Shown here: in pieces, positions 35,456-48,165 of the stretch
Layout: each line of letters opens with the position of its first letter
Numbering within the stretch: position 1 is the first letter of the stretch
Assembly (NCBI GenBank): GCA_010015805.1
Contig: ML978126.1
Location: forward strand, 1,054,001-1,118,000
Direction of reading: 5' to 3'
Source of the DNA: Rhizodiscina lignyota
Taxonomy: Eukaryota
DNA length: 64,000 nt
Program-made: the position numbers and the translations under genes
Notes under the pieces: generated by a model
What the model was told of the DNA's origin: nothing
Database searches by the model: none
The model's input: the letters and a program-made list of their open reading frames with translations, nothing else

Positions 35456-36351
35456 TTTTTCAACCCATCCAGGCGTGATCCGAGGGATGAGCGAGAGTGA
35501 GCGTGAGTGATGGAGTATGCTTTGACTGGGCTCGAAAATATCGTAATGCGTTCGCGTAATTTGTAGGAGACAACCTGAATTACCAATGCCTTTATCAGAA
35601 TCTCATTCACGAAACTCTACAACTCACGAAATTGCTCGAACGTTTCCCAAAAGCACTGGCAACTGGTTCCGATCCAAGACGCGACGTTCTCGTACGATAC
35701 ACGCATCCGGCAATACGTTCTTCCGTGCTTCCAAGTGGACCTCGGCTCGGAAGCCGTGTCACGTGAGCACGAGTTCCATGTCGAAACGTTCTGTTGAAAT
35801 CGAGGAGCAACAAATTTTGCTTCCTAATGACTGCACTTCTTTCAGCTAGTGACACTGCACAAATGGAGCATGGTTGGGAGCTGTTTAGCATGGGTTGGTT
35901 TCTGCGTTAGAGGAAGTACTTCACTGAACGGCTCAGTCTCCAACCTCCGCGAAGTCATATTAGCCGTGGTGTCAATATGAACCTAGCCCACGTTTCACCC
36001 ACACTCCTTATCGAACCTGAGTCTGTTCAAAACAGAAACTGATGTTGTCGTGTTCTCCTCCTCATCCGTTCTGGAATAGGTTTAGCGGTGTCCACATAGG
36101 GATGCGATATCAGGGGGTAAAGGGAGGGGCCGTGGTGGCGTGGGGGAAGCGAGCTGCAAGCACGCGAGTCTCCGCATGAGGCTCTTCTCGAGTTATTCAG
36201 CTATAAGCGGAGCTCGGACAGCCGGCGAGAGGCCTTTTTGAATACCCTTCCTGCTTTACTCCGCGTTTCAAGCTGCTCCCGCTCAATATCAACCCCATTG
36301 CCAGCAGGCTATTAGGCCCAATTGCGACAGACTTGCGCTAATGATTAATCC

Positions 36352-38325
36352 ATGCGGCTTCTTCACACGGAAACCCTCAAATTCAAGGAATTTCCAAGCG
36401 TACTTCCACCCTATGCTATCCTATCCCACACGTGGCAAACGGATGAAGTTCTGTACGAAGACATATTGAGTAACAATGCCGCGAAAAAGCCGGGAGGCTT
36501 TTTAAAGGTTCAGAAATGCTGCGCCGTAGCGGCCAGCGAAGGATTCCGGTATATTTGGATCGATACGTGCTGCATCGATAAGAATTCGAGCCAGGAGCTT
36601 TCGGAGGCCATCAATTCCATGTGGAAGTGGTATCAGCAATCGACGGTTTGCTATGCCTATCTGTCAGACGTGTCGGCGAAGGGAGATCCAACTCGACGCC
36701 TCTGGATCTATCCTCCAGTCCCGAGGAAGCATCCGGGAGCACCATCAAGATGGTTTTCCAGAGGCTGGACTCTCCAAGAACTGATCGCACCTCCGAGGGT
36801 AAGTATGCTGATAAGAGCACATTATTGTCTCGAATAATGAATCTAATCAGCCAAACAGGTGATTTTTTACGCAGAAAACTGGAAACTGATTGGCGATCGG
36901 ATGTCTCTGAAAGAGGAGATAGTTGAGATCACAAATATCGAACCAGAAATCTTGGAAGGGAATATGATGTACCTCTCCTCTTTGAGTGTTGCCGAGCGCA
37001 TGTCCTGGGCGTCGAAACGCGAGGTGACTCGTGAAGAGGATATTGCGTACTGTCTCCTGGGCCTCTTCGATGTCAACATGCCCTTGCTTTACGGTGAAGG
37101 AGGAGTCAAAGCCTTCATTCGTTTGCAAGAGATGATCATCGAGAACTCTCGGGATCTATCTGTTCTCGCTTGGACACCGGATTTATATGTCGGCCTAAAT
37201 GAGTCGCTCGGGATTTTGGCTCATCATCCGCGGGACTTTCATGGCGGTGCTGCTATTGACTCGGCAGTGAGCAGTCTAGATGAACCTATCAGCAGTACTG
37301 GTATGGGTCTGAGAGTTCAACTTCCTCTTGTTCAATTACAGTCGGCGCTTCCAACCCTCCCCTTTCTGCTTTACGGTCGTGAGGAAGTGCCGATAGGAAC
37401 GGGTCTCCTACCAGGAGAACTCGAGACACGGAGCGATTTCGAATTCTTCAATGCTAAAGATGCAGATAAAAGCCAATACCCCGATCATCTATATGCAGTA
37501 TTGAACTGCCACAAACGATTCCACTTCTGCGGCCCCATCTGCATACCGGTTCACTACAACAGCAGCCATGGCTTCTGGCTTCGCCGAAATTCACCTCCGG
37601 TCATTCTGGACTTCACAAAGATAATGTTTCCGGCCGTGGACTACTCTGCATTCTATCTTTCAAAGGTCCCACCAGCTGATCGGCTGGACAATGGAGTCGT
37701 GACAATCTGGGTGAAAACGTCTTGGATGATAAGGTGGCAGACACGCTCACGTTCAGAAGTGCGTATCACCGTTCAGGGCCACCCGACCGAGTTCTGGAAC
37801 AAGACCACTCAGGTACTCGAGCTGCCCAGAAAGGCGGGGCGAGTCATTCGGGGAACCTTTACCATCAGCTATGAGATATCTAACCAGAGTAAGGGGGACG
37901 AGGACTACGAATCAGACCCAATATTCAGAAGACCATCCGGATGGGCTTTTGATATTACCTTCGAAGCTTTAGAGGGTCCCAAACGCGCATCATCCGCACC
38001 CGAACTAGGTGGTGCAGCGGCTGATTATTTTCAGTCATTTGCGCAGCCGAGAAGATCAACGGATGAGGGCTGGAAACTTGCGATTAAACCTGTCGGCAAA
38101 CCAGCCCTAGTTGATGGGCCGATTGATGAGTATGAGAGACTTGGAGGAGCCGTCGGACGGGATCCAAAAGTACAACTTCGCCAACCATGGGGTAATATCT
38201 CGGCGTCTATTCGGCCAGAGACGGTAATGGGAAAACTTGTTCATATTGTGGATATATCGCGCAACGATCTGGGGCTTGAAGCTATCTTATGGAATGGGTT
38301 CGTGAACTGGATCAATGATAGCTGA
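36352..38325 (+). CDS. HET-domain (heterokaryon incompatibility, HET-E-like N-terminus) protein
   Basis: PYAILSHTW, YIWIDTCCIDK, ELSEAINSMWKWY, WFSRGWTLQELIAP, ERMSWASKREVTREEDIAYCLLGLFDVNMPLLYGEG. Intron 36799-36858. Confidence 0.92.
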
Positions 38326-38684
38326 GTTGACATGCTCAGAACTGGAGTCCGGCAAACCTCGACTTGGAATCAGATTGCTCAGTAAGTCATTGTACAGTTT
38401 GTACGAACACGAGTCACGGCCATATACAGTCATAATCTTCTTGTGCGTAGTTTTTAATGTACCCAAATACTTGGCTTTCGCATTTCATCTCTCGGCCATC
38501 CATGGCCCAGTATTGTACAATGCATATCAACAGCACCATCCCAACTCCCGCCTTTTCCCATTCCAATGACCTGCCATTACTTGAAACGCCATCTTGTGTG
38601 TGCTTTCCGATTCCTGTAGATCATGCCGCATCCCTCATCGAAGCACATAATACCCACTCAAGATCTTCAACAACGAGACCCATA

Positions 38685-41600
38685 TCACTTTCCAATCGAG
38701 CTTCCACCCCAGCTGCTCGGATTCAGCACACTCATCTTGTTACTGAACCAACTCCCACGACTGATTCCACTACTTCCAGTTCTACGTCCGCCAACACCGG
38801 GAACCCAACCGAACCATTTCGCTCCCCTGCCTCCACCGAGGCCAGTTGAGACGGAGCCTCCGCGCGAGCTGCCGCCGTCCATCTTGTTCCTGAATCGCAA
38901 TTTGCCCTCGGCGATAGCGTGGACAAAGTTGATGACCAAGAACGCGGTACTGCCAACACTCCTAAACAGCGCGACAGCCGCGACAGACCACAGAAGAAGC
39001 TTGAGGTAAAAGTTGTTCGCAACATGCGTATTCGAGTACGTTTCCGACACCGACATGGCGAGAATGGCGTTTGCGACCATCCACACTATGACCATGTACG
39101 TGCGCACCGCGCGATAGTAGTCCTCCTGCATCTGCGACTCGCTGGGGCCGGCAGTCGGCACATCGATGCGATCACGCAAATTGCGCAGCGCCTCGTCATA
39201 GCCAGAATCAATGTCGAGCTGCTCGCTCGGCATTTCCAGCTCCACGACTCCGCCTTTGCCAGTCGCTTTGCCCAAGTCGGTCCTGAGTACGTTATCGCCT
39301 TTCGTGCCCCAGCTGACGTCGTGCGCATTGCAGAACGCGTACACCTGCAGGGTGCAGATGTAGCTAGGAAGCAGTGCGAAATATTGGGCCGAGCTGGTGA
39401 ACATGTGCCACGGGTCCAGGTACAGGAAGCTCATGAGGAAGTAAAGACCAACTGTGCTGCACGTGCTCACGATGAGATTAGTGAAGACGTTGTTGCCGAT
39501 TTTCAACTGTGCTTTCGGATCCTCGAGCTGTTTGGCAACAATATAGATCGACGAGAAGACAGTGTAGGCCATAATGATACCGTAGAGGACCATAGATGTG
39601 AGGAACATTTTCTTCGCGCCTTGAGGTCGATTACCCATCGAGAGAATGAACTGCGTGCAAATGATGAGGACACAGGCATAGCGGAGGATGATGAAAAAGA
39701 TATTCCCGAGGCCATGGCCGAAAGGATCCAGTTTCGGGTCTGCGAGGGACCCAGCGATAAAGTAGAAGGTCAGGTAAAAGTTTGCCAGAGAGAAGTATGT
39801 GAACAGCAAGCTCACGAATTGGTAGACGAATTCGATGTGAAGCAAGATCTTGCGCCAGAGGGTGTGATCTGTCGTCCAGATCTGGCGGAAATGGAGTAGT
39901 GAGTACACAGCTGCGAAGAAAGCTCCATTTAGCCAACGTCGCCGCTGGGAAATGAATTCTGGCACAGCGTCTACAAAAAATGTTAGTGCTAATTGATACA
40001 CAAAAGTGAATAGCTCCTTGGCTCTTACCTGGTACATCAGTCTCGCCTGTCGCAGCCTTGACATACTTCAACACCCATCTCTCGCTCCTCTTCGCCACGA
40101 GCTCCCAGCACAAAATTCTGTCCTCTGCCAAATACATATTGGCAGTGAACACGTCGGCGTCTTGGCCATGCAATGTTTCGCCCTTGAAATACTGGCTCAA
40201 GGGTCCATGGCCGGTATGATCATTTTGAAGGGCATGATATCTGTATGCAGATAATGCACCTGGAAGCACAGTAATATATCCAAACACAGATTCCAATGGC
40301 TTGTCGAGGATATTGGACATCTTGTACTCGAAGTTCTGACTCGCGACAAGCGGATTTAGCAGGCCCAGGAAGCCTTTGCCTTTACCTGCTTTGATTTCGC
40401 CAGCTGCACCTGCGACGTTGGAATCCGTATCGAATGCTTTCCAGAGATGATACAGAGATGTGTTGCCAGGCTTTGTGCCCACATCAAGCAGAATGCAGAC
40501 ATTAGGGTTCAAAGCGCGGCCAAAGGCATTGAAAAACCAGCGATGAGAGTTGAGTTTCTTCTGATTCTGCTCCTTGAGGCAGAAAATAACTTGGCAGGGT
40601 ACGATGCCCTTCTCTGCGCCTTTGAATTTGAGGTCCGAGTCCAGAGAAACTTGAGTGGTGTATTCGTAGACGTGTGCATGGACTTCGTTGTTGTTGACCA
40701 TATTCTTCGCAATGCCATCCTGATACACACCTAGCGCTGCTAATGCATCCAGAGTCCGCGGGTGGACTTTCGAGCGACCGTCAGAGATGATACAGACGAC
40801 TATCTTCTGCCAGCCATCCTTTCCCCACGTACGCGATTTCGTTCGTGAACAGAAATGCATGATGTTACGCATAACGCCATGCATGGTCCGAGCAAAGCCG
40901 ATCTCATCTTCGTTGTACATCGTGATGCAGATGAATAGCTCCGTCTCCCGCTCCGTGGCGCCAAGGTTCTGGCGTAGTTTGTATCCACGCTCAACGAAGT
41001 CATCTGGGTCGCATGTCACGGCAGTATAGCGCATATGGGTAAATTCGATCGAGTCGCGGCGTGGTAGGAAGGAGAGCAATGTCGTTGGGATTTTGCATTC
41101 CAAGATAAGTTCGCCATTGGTCAGTCGCACTTCTCTCTTCACCATTTGTGCTTTGCGAGCACCACGTCGCTCTTGCTTGCCAGTTGGCGCCGGGCCCAAA
41201 TGTTCCACTTTTTCGTCGTAATCCTCAGTGAACGTATCGTCGCTCATGTATGACTCACGATTGTGGAGCCCTGGCCGACTCTCCTCAGACCCTACTCCAA
41301 AGACATCATCATCATCATCATCACCTTCATGCTCATTGATGGGGATGCTCGATAAATCGCCCGTTTCCTGCTGCGAATCTCGTGATACCGGCCGCCCTCC
41401 AGCGAAGAGCGGCGCAGGTGGCAGCGGTCGTTTCGGGCTTCGACTGTACTGCGAGGACGGTGTACCTGGTCGAGGACTACCATTTATGTCTGCCGGCTCA
41501 TATGATACGGTGGATGCGGGCGGTCTTGACCAGTCTGTTGACACTCGAGAAGGAGTCCAAGGTCGACTTGGAGAGCCGCGAGATGGACTGTTGTATGACA

Positions 41601-42207
41601 TATATGATGGCGCATCTGGAGGAGGGATACTCGGAGCTTCCTCGACGACGGATGGGGCGCGATTGAGCGGGAGCGAGGTTGTGGAGGAATGATAGGATCT
41701 GAAGCTAGGGGAATTTCTGTTTATGTTGTCTCGTAAGTGGGTGTACGCAGGGGATGGAGACAAAGGTCGTTGAGGAGCTGAAGAAACACTCTTCCGAGAA
41801 ATATTATGAAATCTTGTCTTTTTGGGCATGGACTTCTTTGGCGGATGACTGGGGTTGTTTGAGAGAAATGCTGTCGCCTCATCGAGCAAATCGCCAATTG
41901 CATCTGCTGTGTCTCGGTGCGTGCCCGTCGGACGTTGACCAATGAAGCCTGTTGCCCAATTGTTGACGCCCGAGCGACGTCGAGTGGAATGCGATCTTGA
42001 AGACCCTGAAGAGCTATGTGCCTCAATAGAAGAACTTGGTGTTACTAACGGTCTATATCCACCCTCGTCGACTGATGTCAACAAGCGCATGGTAGCCCCA
42101 TTGTGAGGCATGCTTGTAGGCGTCGACTCATCTTCCGAGCCCGCAGAGTATGCTGGAGGACCAGAATAATTCGGCGGGCCTCGAAAGGGACTTCCTGATC
42201 GACTCAT
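38685..42207 (-). CDS. Chitin synthase, probably class II (division 1)
   Basis: [50 protein letters not shown] and QRRRW, with a Ser/Pro-rich N-terminus and C-terminal TM region. One intron at ~39972-40028. Confidence 0.96.
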
Positions 42208-43016
42208 GGACTCGCGTATTTCTCGACGGAATGGTATGAGGAATGCGGGGGGGTGGGTGAAGAGGAATCGAGATGCGTTAGTCGCTGCACATGCTAGTAT
42301 TCGAGCAGAAACGATGGTGAGGTAATGAAAGATCGTAGTGCGGTTGATAGAGGGGTCTAGAGAGAGTTTTTGCGTGAATTGATGTCAAGACGGTCTTTTG
42401 CGTGAGACCGTTTACTTGACCTTGATGCGGACCATGACGGGAAGTTTGCCAAGAAGCGTTGCGATGGGCAACCGGAACAAGCTTCCCTCTCCGCCCCGCT
42501 CCCGATACTAAATAAAGAGTCTCATCGATTGGAAGACGAAAAGAAGAGACGCAAACTCTCGGAAACCTCTTGCATGAATTGCGCTTGAATCGTTCGATGA
42601 AGAAGACGGGAAAAAAATTCAAGAACTCTTTGGAGGTTACCTTCCGAGAATGCAACCGTGTGTCCAACTGATCCACCTACCGGCAAGTTCTAAGCCTGCC
42701 ATACTTGTAGGCAGTCCTTTCTCTCGAGGTACATTCAAATGCGTCCAGAAATAATTGGTTTCAACGGTGATTATGATGGATGAGCTCTGATGAGTGGATG
42801 TGCAAAAGGGATGGGCGAAATGTAGAGCTTGGTGGGGCTGCACATGGCATTCAATAGCGGCACGCTAAGATTGATTACATAAATAACGCCTCCACCCAAA
42901 TCTGGCCTCAACTTTGTTCCGCTCATCGCCCGAGTCGATCGATATCTATCTACTCCCTACCATCAATCTCATCCCCGCGCAGTGGTTGACTCTCTCGCGA
43001 CTTGCCTCTAGCAGTC

Positions 43017-44590
43017 ATGGCACTTGCTACGAAAAACCAGTCGCAGAGCATCTTCGCGAAGCTCAAGACCAAGCCCGCCAACAAAGTACGCGCCCCACAC
43101 CGCACTCTCCCCTGACTTCCTGAGCTGATGTGTGCCAGATATGCTTCGACTGCGGTACTAAGAATCCAACATGGACCTCAGTGCCATTCGGTATATACCT
43201 TTGCCTCGATTGCTCGGCGAACCACCGTAACCTGGGAGTGCACATATCCTTTGTGCGCTCCACCAACCTCGATAGTACGCGAATTTCTCGGCAAGGATTT
43301 TGAGATACATTTGCTGACAAGACAATCGCAGCGTGGCAATGGGACCAACTGAGGGTCATGAAAGTTGGCGGCAATGAGTCTGCGACAAAATTCTTCCAAA
43401 GGAACGGCGGTTCCGCTGCGCTCGCGTCGAAAGACCCGAAGACGAAGTATACTTCAAACGCCGCGACAAAATATAAGGAGGAGTTATCTCGAAGAGCTGC
43501 TGCAGATGCTAGGCAGTACCCCGAAGAAGTTGTTATCACAGATATTCCAGAGTCGGCAGTGGACTCGTCAGGTGGCACGAACACTCCTGCAGCGGAAGGC
43601 GAAGACGACTTCTTCTCGTCTTGGGACAAGCCTACCATCAAGCGCCCTTCCAACCCGCCTTCACGTACCGGCACACCATCTCAGGCTTCTCGAACAGGCT
43701 CACCCTTCCTCAAGCCAGGCGAACAGAACGGCAACGGAATCAACAGACCAAAATCGCCCCTTGCTTCATCCGAGACCGCCACCCCGCCCACTGCGACACG
43801 CACAACCTCCTCCTCTGCCATCCGAAAGACCGCTGCCGCTGCCGGTGGTGCGAAGAAACCAAACATCCTCGGCGCGAAGAAGAAGGGTCTTGGTGCAAAG
43901 AAAGTGGATGCTTCCGCTCTCGACTTCGACGAAGCCGAGAAGAAGGCCAAAGAAGAGGCTGAGCGCATCGAAAAGTTAGGCTACAATCCCGATGAAGAAG
44001 CCGCCGAAGCAAACTCAGCGGCAACGCCGTCTACCACCGAAAGCAAGATTTTCTCCCCAACACCAGTGTCTCCACGCGCCTCAGTGTCGGCTCAGAAAGG
44101 CCGCGAAAGGAGTAACTCAGAGATGGAGCGCTTGGGCATGGGTGTAGCGCGCCTTGGATTTGGACAGGTGGGAGGAGCCAAGCCTGCGCAGAAGCCTGCC
44201 GCTAAAGCAATGGGCTTTGGTTCTACAACCCGCTCGCCACCAGTCGAGGATGACTCGGAACGCTTTGCGCGTCAAAAGTTCGGCATGCAGAAAGGCATCT
44301 CGTCTGATGAGTTCTTCGGACGCGGCAACTTTGACTCCAATGCTCAGTCTGAGGCGAAGACGCGTCTGCAAGGCTTCGAAGGGGCAACCAGCATTTCATC
44401 GAATGCTTACTTTGGACGGCCTGAGGATGATGTTCCGGAAGGAGACCTTGGTGACTTGGAGGGAGCTGCGCGCGATTTCGTAAGGCGGTTCGGGCTGACC
44501 GCTGGGGATGACTTGGAGAACATCATGGGCTTGGTTGGTGAAGGAGGGCGGAAGCTGCAGGGTGCGATTAGAAGCTATCTGAACAGCTGA
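43017..44590 (+). CDS. GLO3: ADP-ribosylation factor GTPase-activating protein Glo3/ArfGAP2-3
   Basis: [50 protein letters not shown] zinc finger. C-terminal Glo3 motifs [10 protein letters not shown] and [11 protein letters not shown]. Two introns. Confidence 0.95.
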
Positions 44591-45509
44591 AGTGGTCTTG
44601 CACGTTCGTGGGTAGTAATGAACACTTCTGTATGAAGCAGGTATGGCATGAAATAACGGAGACAAGTCTTTAATGCTCACAAGGGTCTCTAGCTTTTCCT
44701 CCGTCTGCGCTTTGAGGATATAGAGATGAATGACCTGATGATGATAACCAGACTAGTTGGCGCTCGCAGGGGTGGATTAACAATTATCAAGAGCGCAAAT
44801 TATGGGCCTCTCCCAGTTTCTTTGAATTTTTTAATTTTTCGCGTAGCTGTCATTGTAAGGCGTTGATGGCGAAAAGGCTAAATCTTAGAGGAGAGAAATG
44901 CAGAACTCAATTGACAGCGCGGCCAGCCAAGAACATTTGTCCCTGCTCGGCCAGCTCCCAAAATTGAGGAAAAGGGTAATAAACTTAACGGCAATCTCAA
45001 ATACTCTCAATTCCAGTAGCTGGCTCTTGTGGGCTATGAGATGCTCATCGTTTGACAGATGCACTAGCCCCTTTACCTCTTCTTATACAGCTCGCACGAC
45101 ATGTAAGAGGGAAACTATTGGAGCAGCCTCATCTCCTTCGATTGAAGGTGCACGATGTATAGAGGCACAGTGTCATTGAAACGGCTAAGTCGAAGACGTT
45201 GTCTCGACGGGGTGTGGAGGTTGCATTCGACGGCGAGCAGAGTCCGTTTTCAGAGCTCACACGGAGTTGCAAACTAGCGGACATTTACGTTTTACCCTTT
45301 CTCCACCAAGCCGGCACTGAACTCGTAGATTCATTGAGCTATTCTGATTATTTTCATCAACAGCGCAGTCATTATCTCTGAAATTTCATTAATATCGTTA
45401 GGCACTCCTTTCACCGAGCTAGCCACCATATACTTTACATTTTTCACATTCTTCTAGTGTCTTTAGAACTTGAGCTTCAAAGTCCATATGCCCTCTCATA
45501 CCAATATCG

Positions 45510-46022
45510 TCAAACAACCTCCTTGCTACCCGGCAGCTCCTCGAACTTCTTCCTCGCCGGGTACTGCACACCGCCCTCCCACTCCTGCCTTCTGCTGCAG
45601 AACATCTCGAACTCCGGCTTCGGGATCTGCTTAAAAAGACCAAGATGCACGTCCACGTCGTCAGGGCTCCTCGGCGTGAGTTTCAGAATGGGGCTGCCGC
45701 AGCGGCCACAGAACTTGCGCTGTATAGTGTTGCCGGAGAGCGTCGCACTGTCTTCATAAGTCGTCAGATGCTCGGCTCCTTCGATGGTCACGAGGCTAGA
45801 AGATATCTTGAGGATGGATGCGGCGACTGTTCACCGAAGATGGTCAGTAGACTGGTGTGTGGATGTATGGGTAGCGATCGGTGTGAACGTACTGCATCCT
45901 CCCCAAGCGCGGCAGTTTCGACAGTGACAGATATGTCCTCGCTGTGCATCTGACTCAAGGAGATTAGAGTCGTTAATGGTGATGGTGATTGCACCACAAA
46001 GACATGTGCCTGAGAGAGACAT
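45510..46022 (-). CDS. GFA/CENP-V (Mss4-like) zinc-binding protein
   Basis: GTCLCGAI, HICHCRNCR and RKFCGRCGSPI. Two exons. Confidence 0.88.
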
Positions 46023-46836
46023 TGATAGAGATGAAGAGTGCGAAGAAGGAAGATTCGTGAAATATGTGCTACACAAGAATAAAGTTCAGCGGCTAAATGA
46101 ATATAGAAGAAATTCGAGTAAGCAGGATCTCAGACGTCAACCCATTATATAGATTGAGGCCAGTTAAACGATGGTCTTCCCACCATTCCGTCACCGTACG
46201 GCATTCAGTCGCGGAAGAGCCCTTCCTCGTACAAGTCTCGAATGTGGAGCTATGTGCTTCCATGATGCTATGCCGCGGTTCTGAGGACAGTAAACTGACT
46301 CAGCACTGTACAGTTCATGTTGTTCAAGACTTGAAAACTTAGGTCAAAGTACGCACAATAATGTGGTCTCAAGGTTCGGGAAACAGATAAGCTTTTCCCG
46401 CCTTCGCATATAACTCTGACTTCACGGACATTTTCCGCACTTCACGTTCACCTCCACCAAGCACCCGAATCTTTCGATGATGAATAACGGAATACCCAGT
46501 AGAGTCCGATGACAAGCGCGAAGCAAGACCGATGGAAGACAAGACTTGACGCAGGTGTATACCGGTGCATTCGGTTCGAACGGCGTGGGATGAAGTGGTG
46601 CGCTGAAAAGTCGCGGAATCCTTCTCATCCAGAAATAGATGTTGATAGTTTGACGTCAGTCAAAGGGCGTATATCTAGATTTGTAGACATGAAGGTGAGT
46701 TAAGGCTAGAAAGAAGGTATATATCTAACTTGAATTTGTTCCAAGTCGAAGATTTCTTCATTCATCAGACTCACTTTTACTTTTACATCTCAACATTGTC
46801 TCGCATCTCCTGAATATACCAAGATTCAAAAAGAAC

Positions 46837-48096
46837 ATGTCAACAACTCCAAAAGCAGCAATTTTGCGGCCCCTTGTGGATCTCACCAATGGCGCAGACC
46901 CCTCTCCTTTCCAAGTCGCCAACGAAGTCTACGCCAAGGGTCTCCAATATGAGAAGCCGCCCCTCCCATACAACACCACCGAGTGGGAGACTCAGGCACA
47001 CAAAGTGCTCTCCGCCAACTCATGGGGCTACGTAAGCGGCAACGCAGGCCTCGGCGAAACCGACAGCAACAACCGCGCGGCCTTCCGTAAGTGGGCGTTC
47101 ATCCCGCGCCGCCTGACGAACCAGCAGCAGTTCCCGGACCTGAGCGTCGAGTTGTTCGGGAAGAAGTATCCGTATCCGATTGCTGTTGCGCCGGTCGGCG
47201 TGCAGAGGATATTCAATCCGGATGGAGAGATGCTCACTGCCGCGGCGGCGGAGAAGGAGCGCGTGCCGTACATTATGAGCAGTGCGTCGGCAACGTCGAT
47301 TGAGGATGTGGCAACAGCCAATGGGGGTGGGCAAAGGTGGTTCCAGCTCTATTGGTCTGGCAATCAACACGACGACGTCACGGCCTCGATACTCTCGCGC
47401 GCGCAGAAGAGCGGCTACGACGTCCTTATGGTTACCGTAGACACATTCGTCGTGAGCTGGAGGCCTAAAGATATGGACAATGGCTACTCACCGTTCCTGC
47501 GTCCGGATCACGTTGGCGTCGAGATCGGCCTCACCGATCCCGTGTATCGTCAGCAGTTTAAAGAGAAGACAGGCAAGGAGGTTGAGGAAGACCTCGCTTC
47601 TGCAGCAATAAATTACGCGAAAATCTTCATCCCGGGATACCCGCATAGCTGGGAGGATCTGAAATTCCTCCGTGAACACTGGAACGGTCCGATCGTCATC
47701 AAAGGAATCCAGAGTGTCGACGATGCCCAGAAATGCGTTGAGGCAGGTATGGACGGCATTGTCGTGTCCAACCATAGCGGTAGACAGGTCGACGGCGGAG
47801 TCGGCTCACTAGACGTGCTTCCTGAGATTGTAGACGCCGTTGGTGATAAACTAGAGATCATCTTCGATAGTGGAGTTCGATGTGGAGCAGATATAGCGAA
47901 GGCTTTGGCACTGGGCGCAAAAATGGTGTTGATTGGACGCCCATGGGTGTACGGACTCGCTTTGGCAGGTGAGCAGGGCGTGAGACATGTTCTCAGGAGT
48001 TTATTAGGGGAATTGGATCTTACGTTGCATTTGACGGGTGTCTCTGGAGTGCAGCAAAGTCAATTGAACAGGAGCTGGTTGAGGAAGACTGCCTGA
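46837..48096 (+). CDS. FMN-dependent alpha-hydroxy acid oxidase/dehydrogenase (lactate 2-monooxygenase-like)
   Basis: APVGVQ, WFQLYW, VTVDT, IKGIQSVDDA, VVSNHSGRQVDG, FDSGVRCGADIAKALALGA and GRPWVYGLA. Confidence 0.93.
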   Translation: MSTTPKAAILRPLVDLTNGADPSPFQVANEVYAKGLQYEKPPLPYNTTEWETQAHKVLSANSWGYVSGNAGLGETDSNNRAAFRKWAFIPRRLTNQQQFPDLSVELFGKKYPYPIAVAPVGVQRIFNPDGEMLTAAAAEKERVPYIMSSASATSIEDVATANGGGQRWFQLYWSGNQHDDVTASILSRAQKSGYDVLMVTVDTFVVSWRPKDMDNGYSPFLRPDHVGVEIGLTDPVYRQQFKEKTGKEVEEDLASAAINYAKIFIPGYPHSWEDLKFLREHWNGPIVIKGIQSVDDAQKCVEAGMDGIVVSNHSGRQVDGGVGSLDVLPEIVDAVGDKLEIIFDSGVRCGADIAKALALGAKMVLIGRPWVYGLALAGEQGVRHVLRSLLGELDLTLHLTGVSGVQQSQLNRSWLRKTA

Positions 48097-48165
48097 ATTG
48101 AAACTTTTCTATTGTTTTATAATAAACTCCGTAGAAGAAGTAAAAGGTAGAAATGAGTAAAGTAT

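Noticed and set aside
38919..39899. 326-aa plus-strand ORF
   Set aside because: Antisense shadow of the chitin synthase TM-coding exon with no recognisable motifs.
41305..41322. (TCA)n microsatellite
   Set aside because: Encodes an ordinary poly-Asp tract in the chitin synthase N-terminus.
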